A stretch of DNA of 63,754 nucleotides, filler included, from Ministeria vibrans ATCC 50519 (GCA_943704425.1; 9 parts of 9 records of this genome joined end to end with filler, not necessarily neighbours in it); one strand, 5' to 3'. Shown: positions 46,558-61,638, counted from the first letter of the whole stretch. Notes: generated from the letters alone by a model not told the origin. Numbers and translations: made by a program.

Positions 46558-49500
46558 GAATTAACCAAGGACACTGTCGCTTCAGCACTGGAGATTGAAG
46601 GTATGGAAGTCAGTAAAATACTGAGCAAAATTATAATAGTAATAGTAATAATGAATACTAGCATAGTAATAATAATCCTAATAATAATAATACTAATACT
46701 AATACTAATAATACTAGTACTAATAATAATAATACTTTACAACAGTTGTCAGTGAAAAGGAAACCTCTCCTGACTCCCGCTTGGTCACCCCTTTTCCTCG
46801 GCGAGGTAATCATGATCACTTAAAATATTTACGAATGATCTGGATATGGATGCTATAATTATAATAATAATTTATAAAAAAAAATTATTATAATAATAAT
46901 TAATATGACATTGTATTACTATTTCTTTCAGAACTTGAGGACTCAATCTTTGGATCGGACGAGACGATCAACGAAGAATGGAAGTCTCCATCGATTAGCC
47001 GTACCGACGAAGCCGCGGAATTTCCTCAACTCCAGCGGAACACTCGCGCTTACTGCTCCCCTGGCTACTACATGTACTGGGTCTCGCCCGGTGGCTGGCG
47101 GCGCCGTCGTCGCTACCATGTGTGCGCCGGCTGCCCTTCCCAAAAGGTAACCAAAAGCAACAGTATAATAATAATAATAATAATAATAATCATAATCATA
47201 ATAATCATAATAATCATCATAATCATAATAATAATGATATTTTTTTAGTATTCCCCGGCATCTTATGATACGAGTTCTTGCCGCGATTGTCCAGCTGGAA
47301 CGGTATACTTAAAAGAAGAAAAAAATTTATAATCGATTTGGTTTGTTTCTTTTTTGCAGTACAACGCGCAGTCCTCTCAGTCCGCCTGTCGCTCGTGCGG
47401 TGCCGGATACGTAAGCCTCTAGCACAGTATTTCTCGCAAACACAAACACTGTTTTTCTTTCTCAATGAGAGTTACAAATTATTATTATTATTGTGATTTT
47501 GTTATAATATTGTTCTCTCTTTTTATCACTTTTTTTCTCCTTTTTTTGTTCTCACTGTCTTTCATTTTTTCTTTCAATTTTATCTCTCTCTCTCTCTCTC
47601 TTTCTTCCTCTCTATCACTTTGTTTCTTTCTCCCTCTTTTTTCTCTCTCTCACTTGGTTTTTTTCTTTCTCTCTCCGCAAAATTACTACAGTATAGCCCC
47701 GCAGCCTCCACAGCGTGCACCGTCTGCCAAACCGGACGAGTGAGTTTGAAGATATAATTCAGTACGTCTTTGATGATGATTATTGACACCTTCCGCCGTT
47801 TTCCTTAGTACAACCCTTACACCTCGCAAGGAGTTTGCTCTCTTTGTCCCACGGGTCGCTACCGCAGCTCGTACGCTGCAACTGCACTGGCTCAGTGTAC
47901 CTACTGCCAGGCAGGCCGCTACCAGAACGCAAATGGACAAGCGTCCTGCGCACTCTGTCTCGCGGGTTACTACGCAACCGGAGTTGGCTATACAAGCTGC
48001 ACCGCGTGTCCCACAGGTCGCTACAGCGTGCAAACTGGTTCCACGTCGTCTAGCTCCTGGTAAGTGCCTTGCTTCCGAACACACAATGGGTAAATAACCG
48101 TGCTTGGTTTCAGTCTTTACTGTCCCGCCGGTCGGTACCAAGCGCTATTTGGTCAATCTACGTGCACATACTGCGGTACGGGTCGCTACAATCCCAGCTC
48201 GGGAAGTACATCGTCGTCTTACTGCGCCTCTTGCCCAACCGGTCGTGTAAGAAGACAAAAAAATTACGCATTATTACTATTATTATTAATAATTATTTTT
48301 ATCAAAAATTAATAATAATAATAATATAGTACGGCTCATCGTCGGGTGCCACTTCATGCACGTATTGTCCTTCTGGACAATACCAAAACGCCGCCGCCCA
48401 GACATCCTGTCGCGCCTGTGCCGCTGGATACTACACAGCAAGCACCGGCTCTGTTAGGTAACGACTTATTATTTTTATTATTATGTCAACTATTATTAAT
48501 AATTATTGTGTTCATCCGTGGTATTGTGCTTTTGATTATCAAACATAATTCATTCTCTTATTGATCCTGTAGCTGTGCTAAATGCCCGTATGGAACGCGA
48601 ACCATTCAAACGTACCCAACCAGCTGCTCCTACTGCCCAGCCGGCTACTACACCGTCTCAGCCACCAACCCAACCTGCACAGCTTGCCAGATAGGCCGCT
48701 ATCAGCCAAGCTCTACAACCGCTTACTGGACATGTCCTGCGTGTCCCTCTGGATACATCACGGGTGAGACGGCCTCTACATCCTCCTCGCAGTGCCTCTT
48801 GTGCACCAAGATGAAGGTATTGTTGATAACCATTACATTCTTTCATCTTACATCAATATTGTCTTTTAGTATGTCGTTCGTCGTCGCGCCTACTGTGTCA
48901 CATGCGGCGCCAACACATATACCCCTGGCAACAATTAGTACGTTAAACACTGGTACCCGTTGCAGTAATTTAACATTAAAGCGCGTAAATTATAGCCAAA
49001 CTTGCACCGGTTGTCCGAGTCTCTACTATGTCCCCGCTGGCGATACACGTGGTTGCCAGCAGTGTGGATACTATGCAAACCAGTACTACGAGGCGCGTCG
49101 TCGCCGTCGCATTTGGGGTGGCAGTCCGGACTCATTGTACGAACCTTCCTTTCTTCTCCCTGTTGTTTTTTCTATTTTGATGATGTCTCTCTCTCTCCGC
49201 TCTTAGTTGCCTCAACTGCCCTTCAGGGCAGATTGGAACTTCTGGAGGGTACGTAGAACTATAAAACAAAAAGAATATAAAAATTATTTTATTATTATCA
49301 TTATTATTATTATTACTATTGTTATTGTTATTGTTAGTATTCATACAAATAATATCTTATGATTGTCTACTACGACATTCTCATAGATGGGCGTGCACAG
49401 CCTGTGCCGCCGGTAGATACGCCGAAGTGCGCTCCTGCACCGCATGTGCACCTGGAACATACAACCCATACACCCTGCAAGTGTCGTGTTTGTCCTGTCC

Positions 49501-52500
49501 CTTTGCCCGTTACGGCAGTCAGTACGGTCTCACTGCATGCACAGAGTACGCATAAGATTTTTTTCTTTCTTTTGCAACAAACTTTCTTCACACTTACCGA
49601 CCTACACACACACACACACACACACATTTTTCTTTTCTTTTTCTTTCTACGTTAGGTGCCCTCGAGCACGATTTACCGCGCAATACGGACTGACATCATC
49701 GTCACAGTGCACTGCTTGCCCTTCTAACAAGGTACTGACTCAAATCAATAATAATAACAATAAACAACTTCTTTCATTGTTTACTTGAAACCCTTATAGT
49801 ATGATGACAATATTTCCCGCCGCCGCCGCCGTGAGTTCTCCTACTACTACCGCTACAGTGCCCTCTATACATGCGTTGATTGTCCAAGTGGACGATTCAG
49901 GTTCGATAATAATTACAATTTGTATTTCGTGAGACAACAAGACACTCATTCAGTGCATTCTTTGTTATGCTTTTGCTTTTTTACACGTCAGTGGCACAGC
50001 AGCAACGGCGTGTACTGGTTGCCCCGCTGGACAATACGCCGGGTCGACTTCGTGCCTTAGCTGTCCAGCTGGCAAATACCAAGACAGTAGCGAATTTTGA
50101 CTGCAAGTGCATGTGCAATTCATTAACCAATCATCTGTTGTTCCTCCCCAGCATCCGCACAAATCTCCTGCAAGAACTGTGGCACAGGCTACTACAATAG
50201 CCAAACAGGTCGTGTTTCCTCCTGTACATCCGCCTGTCCTCCCGGAACGTACTCTCCTGCTGGCGCCGCCACCTGGTAACACTTTCAACAACCACACAAC
50301 ACCACTACACTTTCTTTCTGCATGTCTATACACTATACACCAAACATTAAAACTCCTCTTGTGTTTAATGTCGTCTAGTTCAAGCTGCCAGAGTGGTCGC
50401 TACGGCTCGCAATATGCACAAGGCGCGTGCACGCTGTGTGGCGGAGGCACGTACATGCCATACGCGGGCCACACCAGTTGCACCAGCTGTCCGGCTGGTC
50501 GCTACACTGCCCTGACGGGACAAACCTCGTGTACATACACATGCGCCCCTGGACAATACTCTCCGGCTGGAGCCAAGGCGTGCACAACTTGCGCAACTGG
50601 ACGCTACACATCCACATACGCCCAGGGCTCATGCGCCCTTTGCGCTGCCGGAAAGTATGCATACAATGCCCAGAAATCCTGCGTCTCGTGCCCGGTCGGT
50701 CAGTATTCGCCGACCGGTGTCAACGCATGCTCGTAAGAACACAAAAAATGCCACTGCCACATCCTTCTTATAATAATGTATAGGCTATGTGGAGCGGGTT
50801 ACCACGCTCCCTCGACAGGCTCTTCTTTGTGCACCGCTTGTTCTGCGGGCAAGTACGCAAGCGGAACGGGCCGTTCTGTGTGCACCACCTGTCCATCGAC
50901 TCAGTACCAGGCCTCGCCCGCCCAAACAGGTTGCATCACATGTGGGCACGGCACAACGGCCAAGTCGGACCGTATCGGGTGCACAGCATGCGCTGCTGGC
51001 ACAGCTGGCACAAGTGGCAGCTGTGCCAACTGTGCCACGGGTCGCTACGCTTCAAAGACGGGTCTAACCAGCTGGTACACATTGCAATAGATCCTTTCTT
51101 CACATCGCTCACATTACGCCGCCCCGTCTCAATTCGTAGCACCGTGTGCCCAACCGGACAGTACGCTGACGTGACCAAGCTGACGGCGTGCAAGCTCTGC
51201 GCGACTGGCCGTGTGGCCAGCACGGGCGCCACGTCGTGTATTGGCTGCGCAACCGGCTACTATGCCGTCGCAGGCGAGGCGTCCTGCCGTGCTTGCTCTC
51301 CTGGCAAGTACAATGCGCAAACTTTGCAATCGTCTTGTACTAACTGCCCCGACGGAAAATATACCCAAGTGAGAACAACATCAGCACTGCTACAAACCCC
51401 ATGTTCTTCTTCTCTTAATACTATTTTTTGTAGTACTCCGCTCGTACAGCGTCCTCGCAATGCACCACGTGTGGCGCAGGCACGTACAGCAAGTCAGGGG
51501 CTTCTGTATGCTTGTCGTGCCCCGCTGGTCGTGTCTCGACCGCAGGCTCTGCCTCATGTGACGGCTGCGTCTCAGGCACTTACGCTGTGAGTGGCTCGTG
51601 CGCCCAGTGCACTGCTGGCTATTACTGCGTGAACAGCGTGCGCACACCTTGCGCCACGGGCTACTACAGCGCGGCTGGTGCTTCGTCGTGCACCATCTGT
51701 CCTGCAGGCTCCTACTGCCAGAATGGAAAGCGCACGTCGTGCCCTGCCACCACGTCGCAGTCGGCCACCGGCAAGACCACATGTCCCACCTGCACCGCCG
51801 GTCAGTACCAGCCGGATGCGGGCAAGACCTCGTGCATCATCTGTCCCACAGGCTCGTACTGCACGGGAGGCGTCAAGAATCTTTGCCCGGCGCATACTTA
51901 CGCCTCGACGACTGGTCGTTCGTCGTGCCCCGTCTGCGCCGATGGCACCTACACGTCTGCTTCGGCGACCGGTACCATCACCTGCACTGCGTGTCCTGCC
52001 GGCTCTTCGTGCACCAGTGGCATCAAGACGACGTGCGTCAACGGTCAGACTTCCGGTGCTTCCGCGTCCTCCTGCTACGCCTGCCCCCAGTACAAGTACT
52101 GTGTTGGTGGTGTTGCCACTACATGCGCTGGCGGCACGTGGAACCACGTGACGGGCCAGAGCGCCTGTCAGGACTGTCCCCAAGGCTCCATGTGCAACAA
52201 CGGTGTCAAGACTGCGTGCGCCTCGGGGACGTACAACACGGCGACAAAGAGCACCTCGTGCAGCAACTGTCCCGCTCAGTCCATGTGTACGTCGGGCACA
52301 CGCACGGTTTGCACGGCTGGTACCCATCAGCCCTCGACCAAGCAATCTTCGTGTCTCACCTGCCCCATTGGTTCGTCATGCCCTACTAACGGCGGTGGTG
52401 CGACAGTATGCGCCGATGGGACCTACACGGACAAGACGGGCGAGAAGTCGTGTTTTTCGTGCAAAGTCACGAACTACTGCTCGGGCGGCATCATGAAGGT

Positions 52501-53163
52501 GTGTGACGCTGGCTCGTACACCGACAAGGACGGAGCTTCGTCGTGTTTGGCCTGTCCCGCTCGCTACTTCTGTGTTGGCGGTTCCAAGACCATTTGCACC
52601 ACGGGCACGTACCAGGACCTCAAGAGCCAGTCGTCGTGCAAGGCTTGTCTCACCGGTCACTACTGCCAGAATGGTCTTGCGACCATTTGCCCCGTCAAGA
52701 ACAAGTGTGTTTCAGGCGGCATTGCTATTTGTACGGCGGGAACATACCAGGATGAGACTGGAAAGACTGTTTGCAAGAATTGTGTTCCCACCAAGTACTG
52801 CGTTAACGGCGAGGCGCTTACCTGCGCTGCCGGTTCCTACACCAGTGCATCGGGCGCCAGCTCGTGTCTCCCCTGCCCCCAGTACAACAGCTGCAATGGC
52901 GGCAGTGCCACCGTGTGCGCTGCTGGCACATACCAGCTGCTGACGGGCAAGTCGACTTGTACCAACTGCGAACCACGCTTCTCGTGCTCCGGTGGCAACC
53001 GCGTGCAGTGCGCCGATGGCTCGTTCACCGAACTTTCCAAGCAGGCTGGCTGTGCCACCTGCCTTGTGGGCCACAAGTGTGTGGGCGGCGGCATTGCCGA
53101 ATGCACTGCGGGAACGTACCAGCCCAACACGGGCGCCACCGAGTGTCTCACATGCCAGGCGGG
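46558..53163 (+). CDS. Very large Cys-rich repeat (GCC2/GCC3, ephrin-receptor-like/TNFR-like) extracellular protein, multi-exon, 3'-partial
   Basis: Dozens of C-x2-C-P-A-G-x-Y...C-x2-C units over many short exons and the 51512..53215 ORF. The true start lies somewhat upstream and is unresolved. Confidence 0.88.
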
Positions 53164-53263
53164 NNNNNNNNNNNNNNNNNNNNNNNNNNNNNNNNNNNNN
53201 NNNNNNNTTAATTAATTAANNNNNNNNNNNNNNNNNNNNNNNNNNNNNNNNNNNNNNNNNNNN

Positions 53264-53373
<110 letters not shown>

Positions 53374-53812
53374 GGACTGTTGACCCTGGGCAAAAGTGAA
53401 GAGGGCTGTGAAGGGTTTGTGACGCTGATTTCTCTCTTGCACCATTATCTGGAGACTCCTTTGCCCAGATCAGACGGAGGTTACTCACACACACTAATTC
53501 TTATATTGAAATAGTTGGTTCTGACGCGAAAAATGTTCAACTTTTGCTTTGTAGGTCGGCTGGTCTTAACGGAAGGAGTCATCGTATAATGGATTGGAAT
53601 AAATAGATAAATTTTAACATTGATAATAATAATAATATTTATAGTATATATTTTACAAAGCCGTTGACTGAATATGTATTCACAATTATACAACGGAGAA
53701 ATAGATATAAATAAAATGAAAAGGAAACACTTTGAAAGATCAAGGGAAGAAGAATTATTCATTCGAAATTTCAAATGTGAAATGAGTGAGTTAATCACTC
53801 TTTTTTTGCTTC

Positions 53813-54424
53813 ATGTCAACCCCCTCGCCAGCCTGCACTCTGAATGTGACAGGCCACGAGTTCTACGAGCAGGACGTGTACCATTGCTTCTCGTGTGGGC
53901 TCTGTCCGGGCGCAGGGGACGACGGGGCGGACTTGGGCGTGTGCTATGCGTGTGCGTCGCGCTGCCACGCCGGCCACACCGTTGTCCACGCCGGCCGTGT
54001 GCCCCTCTTCTACTGCGACTGCGGCGTGCGCGGATGCAGCATGCCCACTGTGCCGATTGCCTTCCTTGAGCCGACTGAGATCCCCAAAGGTTTGAACTTG
54101 GCCTCTGAATCATAATCGTTACTGTGATCTTTCCGTCTCTCTTCAGCTTCCTTCCACTGCTACACCTGCGGCATCAATCCAGAGAACCCCGCACTGCACG
54201 CTGCCCAGGTGCTATGCCATCACTGCGCGCGCCTGTGCCACGACGGCCACTCCATCGTCGCTGCCGCCCCTCTGCCGCCCTCCGCCGCCCTCCCCGCCGC
54301 TGTCTGTGTGTGTACACACGCAGATTGCGTCGATGGCGCACAACCTTGCTCGACCGGTGGTGCAGTGTGTTCCTTGGGTGAGGAGTCTGACTTTATTGGT
54401 GACATGTCGCGTATGAATCTATGA
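53813..54424 (+). CDS. Small protein with two UBR-box-type zinc fingers (intron ~54089-54147)
   Basis: CTLNVTG...QDVYHCFSC...VCYACASRCHAGH...FYCDCG, then FHCYTC...LCHHCARLCHDGH...CVC. Confidence 0.85.
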
Positions 54425-54615
54425 CATGACACACATGACTGTACTGTATGTACTCATAATACAACTGTATTTTATTTTTCTTCTTGATGTGTCTTTGATT
54501 GATGTCTCCTACTTGGTCTCATAGCACAAAGATATGTTCGTTGCTGGAAAAGGTCAACTCTCTTGATCTTGGGAAATGATTCTCTATCTTCAATTGTAAA
54601 CAAACCAAAACAAGT

Positions 54616-55560
54616 TCACTCCGACAGGCGGAGAATCGCAGAATCGTTGTGGCAATCGACACGCGATGGAACATGCTGAAACTGCTCGTTGGTAGGAGGA
54701 GGAGGCGGGAGGGCGCGTCGGGGGTCGGTCGAGCTGCCGCTGCTTGTGTGTGGTGGAGCAGGAACGACAAACGGAGTCGGGTGCTTGGCATCGTGTGGGG
54801 GCGTTGGGGTGTGTGCGTAGAAGGAGACGTTGTGAGAGTGGACACGGGCGGCAACAGCGTCGTAGGCAGGTGTGCGGGAAGCATAGTTAGGCGACGACGG
54901 TTGAGACTGTGCGCGGAAAGGACCCGACGTGACAAAGGGGCGGTCGTGTGTAGCAGGACGGACGGGCGTCGTCTTAGGAATGTACTCGGGGTTGCGCGTG
55001 TCGATTTTGACGGTGGCGCCCGGATGCGACTGGGAAGGGGACATGGTCCGAGGTGGAGGCGGTGTTGTTGATGTGTCGTAGGGGGAGGGAGGCACAAATG
55101 GATGTTCGTGGACGGCTGAGCGCAGGAGCGGCTTCGACGCAAAGGGCTGCGCGAAAGGATTGTGTGTGTCGACTTTGCTAGCAATATCCGAATAGCGTCG
55201 TTTGGAAGAGGGAGATGCACATGCAGTGGGAGAAGGAGAAGGAAAAAGAGGAGATGAGGAAGACGCGGAAAGCACAAAGGGCTGTTGATGTTGTGCCAGT
55301 TTGGCCTTGACAGGACGTAAGGACTGGCCCAGTTCGCTGTGGGTGTCGACTTTAGAGGTGACTTCAGCGTAATGTCTGTTGGGCGAAGAGAGACGAGTTG
55401 GCAAGGGAGTGGGTCGACGCGGAGAGGTAGAAGAGATAAAGGGCTGCGCGTGCTGAGCGGGTTTGGATTCGGCGGGCTTGAGGGTGCGACCGAGCTCACT
55501 GTGTGTGTCCACCTTGGACGTGACGTCGGCATAGCGCTTGGATGGAGAAGAGGGGCGTGG
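54616..55560 (-). CDS. Pro/Ser-rich basic protein with repeated Y-x2-V-x-SKVDTH motifs (3' part)
   Basis: The open frame contains YAEVTSKVDTHS, YSDIASKVDTHN, VKIDTRN, YDAVAARVHSHN and FQHVPSRVDCHN. Confidence 0.65.
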   Translation of the reverse strand, partial: PRPSSPSKRYADVTSKVDTHSELGRTLKPAESKPAQHAQPFISSTSPRRPTPLPTRLSSPNRHYAEVTSKVDTHSELGQSLRPVKAKLAQHQQPFVLSASSSSPLFPSPSPTACASPSSKRRYSDIASKVDTHNPFAQPFASKPLLRSAVHEHPFVPPSPYDTSTTPPPPRTMSPSQSHPGATVKIDTRNPEYIPKTTPVRPATHDRPFVTSGPFRAQSQPSSPNYASRTPAYDAVAARVHSHNVSFYAHTPTPPHDAKHPTPFVVPAPPHTSSGSSTDPRRALPPPPPTNEQFQHVPSRVDCHNDSAILRLSE

Positions 55561-55660
55561 NNNNNNNNNNNNNNNNNNNNNNNNNNNNNNNNNNNNNNNN
55601 NNNNTTAATTAATTAANNNNNNNNNNNNNNNNNNNNNNNNNNNNNNNNNNNNNNNNNNNN

Positions 55661-55770
<110 letters not shown>

Positions 55771-55774
55771 GCAG

Positions 55775-56430
55775 ATTGCTCAAGATTGCCGACCCACTCA
55801 TCCGCGCACAGTACGATCACAAGCTCACCGTCAAACAGAACATGTCCAAACTTGGCCTTTCGTTGAATCCCAACGAATCAATGCCCGTCAAGGCGCCAGG
55901 TACGGAGATGGGAGACAAAACGTATCGTATTTGACACACACACACGCTATTTTTTGTTTGTTTTGTCACACAGAGTCCGTTGCCATTCCCATGAGCGTCG
56001 TAGAGGAAGCCGTTGCGTCTGGCCAGGACCTTTCCGAGGCTGTTGACGCGGCTGTTGAGAAGGCAGAAGAAGAAGCAAGGCAAAAGAAACGAGAAAAGTC
56101 CAACACCGAGTTGGTGAAGCGTAGGATAGTGGGGTGCTTTCGTGTGTGTTTTCTCCACTTACGCCTTCTTTTTGTTTTGGTTTGCGTGTAGAGTTGGAAG
56201 AGGCAGCATCACAGAAGAAGGAAGTTCGACGATGGATGACGGATGGATCGCGTGCGTTTGCGTCTGCACTCGTTGCCAAGTACGGTGTGGACGACTACGC
56301 CGCCATGGCCAAGGATCACAAGATTAACTACTTGCAGCACACCGCTAATCAGATCCGTCGCAAGGTGTTGGCCTACCTCGATGACGTACGCGCCTGGCTT
56401 GCCGTGCAGGAAGAAGAAGCAGAGGAGTAA
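55775..56430 (+). CDS. NOP16: Nucleolar protein 16 (5'-partial)
   Basis: YDHKLTVKQNMSKLGLSLNPN and LVAKYGVDDYAAMAKDHKINYLQHTANQIRRK. Confidence 0.85.
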
Positions 56431-56464
56431 AAAAAAAAAGTGTCTTGTGTTTGTACTAAAAGGG

Positions 56465-57807
<1,343 letters not shown>

Positions 57808-57936
57808 CTACACAACAAACATGGTAGTACAATTTCAGATCCAAAGACAGACTCCTCTCTCTCTATCACTTTGTTTCTTTCTCTCTCTCTCTCTCTATCA
57901 CTTTGTTTCTTTCTCCCTCTCTCTCTCTCTGTCTCT

Positions 57937-57968
<32 letters not shown>

Positions 57969-58094
57969 TCTCGCACTTTGTTTCTCCCCCCCCCNNNNNN
58001 NNNNNNNNNNNNNNNNNNNNNNNNNNNNNNNNNNNNNNTTAATTAATTAANNNNNNNNNNNNNNNNNNNNNNNNNNNNNNNNNNNNNNNNNNNN

Positions 58095-58222
<128 letters not shown>

Positions 58223-58288
58223 TCTCGTATTATTATTATTATTATTATATTTTTGTATTACTATTATTATTATTATTATTATATTTTT

Positions 58289-58354
<66 letters not shown>

Positions 58355-58409
58355 TTTCGTATTACTATTATTATTATTATCGTTATCATTATTTTGTTGC
58401 ATGTTTTAC

Positions 58410-59307
58410 AAGTTGCAGGAGCAGTTTGGTCGCTCTAAGCTTGTCAGGCATTTCTTCGTAAAGAAGCTCGACGTAGTGATCAACTTCGCTGATGTGCGCG
58501 CGTTCTTCGCGTTCTGGTTTGAGGGCTTTCACAGGATTCTTTCCTGTGGTGTGTAAGGAATGAACAAATTACAGTACGCACTTGACGCCGTTGTTGATCT
58601 TACGAGGTGCCTTGTGTTGGTCGCTCTCCTGACGAGTCTGAAGATAGTACAGCAGTTGTTCTACTTCGCGTTGTTTTCCTTCGTGTATAAGATCGCACTT
58701 GGCAATGATTTCCCGCGCGAGTCGTTCGATGTTCGTTGAGCTGTTGAGATGCTTGACACGAATGCTTCAAAAGAAGAAGAAAAAAACACAAATGAGCCGT
58801 TCGCCTTGCATTATTCAGCCACCAGCAGGCTGCAAAACCAATGCCCTAAACAAAGGTAAGCCAAGTGGAGGGCGAGAGAGCCGCCGGCGCGCCGTACCCC
58901 CGTTGCGCTGGGCAACGTCAAAAACACCACAATAAAGTACGACAGTTGAACTTTTTTCAAACCAGGCGCTTGCGGGCCTTCAACGTACACCCGCCCACAC
59001 ACACACATATATATGCATACATATATACACACACGGCATCATTTTGGCTGCTTTGTGGCCGCACAAATTGCGCTCAGTGGCACTTTGGTTTGTGTGACAA
59101 GAACGTTTCAAAGTTTGACGTTGATTGATCTTTCCCCTTTGCGTACATCTTCTGCATCTCCTTCTGCTCGTGGCGCAGCGGATCGCCGCCTTCGGCCAAG
59201 ACAGTGGCGCGCATGTCGTAGTGGACAACAATGGCCTGCTCGCGGGGATGCACGTCGACGCGCGACGACTTGATGAGCTTCTGCAGGTAGCGTGCTTCGT
59301 CGTTCAT
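58410..59307 (-). CDS. KIFAP3: Kinesin-associated protein 3 (kinesin-2/IFT), 5' exons
   Basis: MNDEARYLQK...VDVHPREQAIVVHY...GDPL...KEMQK|IRVKHLNSSTNI...CDLIH...EVEQLLYYLQTR|...YVELLYEEMPDKLRATKLLLQL. Confidence 0.92.
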
Positions 59308-59521
59308 TTCTTCAGTCCACAAGCAGTCCAAGCAGCACCAGTTGCACCTGCGGTTGCTTGTGTGAGTGATTTTATCGAACGAAACGTAAAATTATAAATA
59401 ATAAAATTGAAGCATTGAACATCCCCTTGAAAATCAATCAGGTCAATAGTCATTTGTCCATTGGTCACCCTCTATCAAAAAAGATGTCTCTCTCGCTTTA
59501 TATTTCTCTCTCGCTTTATAT

Positions 59522-60031
59522 TTATACAGCATCCTTCCCAGACTCCTTGACAAACTTTTGACGGGCGCGGAGGGAGCAGGCAGAGAACGCCTTGACAAGG
59601 TCGGCGCAGTCGAGGGGCCGGTTGGACTCGTAGCACAATCTGACGGCGTTCTGTTGTTCTTCGCACGCATGCGATGGAGGAGTGTCTACATAGTGTGCCT
59701 GTACACGCGACACGGCCGCATTTAACTGGGCCGACTGCGCCACTTCGTGCTGTCTGGCCTCCTGCGACGCACTAACCAGTCGCGCCTCCTCCATCGCCAG
59801 AAACTCCTCGCGCGCCTCCTTATCGCCCTGCGCAAAGCCATCGCGGCGCGCCTGCTCCAGCAACTGATCAATCCGGCGTCGAAACACCACGCCGTCGTCC
59901 AGCGGCGCCAGCACAGTCCCGTCGTGTCCGCCGTCGTCCCCTTCTGCGCCGTATCTCCTCTCCTCGTCCTTCTCCTGCGCCACCCCGTCAATATCAGCCC
60001 CTGCAAGCGCCCTGATCACATCCGTAGACAC
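59522..60031 (-). CDS. MICOS subunit MIC19/CHCHD3-like (5'-partial)
   Basis: Coiled-coil followed by the C-terminal CHCH motif CEEQQNAVRLCYESNRPLDCADLVKAFSAC. Confidence 0.75.
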   Translation of the reverse strand: MSTDVIRALAGADIDGVAQEKDEERRYGAEGDDGGHDGTVLAPLDDGVVFRRRIDQLLEQARRDGFAQGDKEAREEFLAMEEARLVSASQEARQHEVAQSAQLNAAVSRVQAHYVDTPPSHACEEQQNAVRLCYESNRPLDCADLVKAFSACSLRARQKFVKESGKDAV

Positions 60032-60263
60032 CTACATCCCACATTCCGTAAGCCTTTCATCAACAGTCTGTCGCCACAACGACTCTTTTTTCCTTTTTTT
60101 TTTTTTTTTCCTCTCNNNNNNNNNNNNNNNNNNNNNNNNNNNNNNNNNNNNNNNNNNNNTTAATTAATTAANNNNNNNNNNNNNNNNNNNNNNNNNNNNN
60201 NNNNNNNNNNNNNNNGGAAATGTTATCTCGACAATGTCAATAATAATAATAATTATAATAATA

Positions 60264-60340
<77 letters not shown>

Positions 60341-60438
60341 TATTGTTATTATTATTAAAAATAAATAATTATATTTTATTATTATTCATTATTAATTTAT
60401 TATTAGTAAATATTTTTATTATTAAAATTCTGTTGTAG

Positions 60439-61638
60439 GATTAGCATAGGGGGAACCATTCACGAACTTTTGCCGCGCTTTCCAATGAGGTGGTACCTAT
60501 TCCTCCTAAACGGCACTGAATCGGGACGGAAAAGACGGAAAAGACTTTACGACGGAAGTGAAACGGTTGGCAGTGCAGGGGGAGTGCAGTTGGATGATAA
60601 AGAGCTAACTGCCTCCGATGTGGCGACAACCGATCCGCTTGTCCCGCTCTCTCTTGCTCTTTTTGGTACACGATTCAATGGAGTACTTGAGCTTGTCTTG
60701 TGTATGAATACTTTTTTTTTTGTTAGCGTGTGTTGAGGTGTCTGCGCATTTGAATGTACCAGTGGAGTCATTGGGCCCAGAACACGTCTGGGAAGCGTAT
60801 CACGCGTAAAAAAAAAAAAAAAAAAAAAAAAAAACTAAATTAATAGCAACTGTACTCTTCTCACGTTCAATTTGCATTTTTCTATAGGAATTATTCGCGC
60901 TCTGAGTTTTCTGAGCTGTTAGAGGGAAATGCATTCCTTGCAAAGACTGTTCTTGAGTCGTATCGACATGCAGTCAAGTTGGTCTGGGATCAGAGTGTGA
61001 TTGGGGACATTTCTTCCTATAGCGTACGAAAGACTGAAAAAAAAAAGAGAGAGAGGAAAGAGAGAGAGAGAGAGACACACACACACACACATACACACAT
61101 GACAAAGTGATAGAAGGGAAGAGAGAAAGCGGTGTATAGAGAACAACGTGAACATATCGATACAGATGTACAGCAGTGAAAGAGAGACTTATTGACAGAC
61201 TAAAATTTGTAGGAACTTGCGGAGATGTTGACGGAGTATGAGACAGAGTGGCTGATCACTAGCGACGAAAGTAACGCGTGGAGTGAGAGTGTCATTGAAG
61301 GAACGCACAGTGTGTTCTCACTGACGCGCAGCAGTACGAGCAATACAGGCGATGCAAGAGCAAGGACACACGCCGAGCGGAAGGCAGCTATCTTTGCACG
61401 CCAGCTGACTTTACAAAGCGGGAGTGCACTGCGTATCGGACGACTCAACAGCGAGGCGCTGCGTGCCTTCTGGTCGAGTCTTCTTTTTGAGCTGCGCTAC
61501 CTTGCCAACGACGACGATGAGCGCCACAGCATTCAGGCTCATCGTACGCTTCTCCGCAATCTCTCAGTGCAGTGTGCGGCTCCTCCGCTTGGCTACGTGG
61601 TATATGCCAGCCCACCTTTGTTGCTCCACACCTGGTGA
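60439..61638 (+). CDS. PCNX4: Pecanex C-terminal domain protein, PCNX4-like (3' exons)
   Basis: GRLNSEALRAFWSSLLFELRYLANDDDERHSIQAHRTLLRNLSVQCAAPPLGYVVYAS. The upstream exon boundaries are approximate. Confidence 0.85.
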
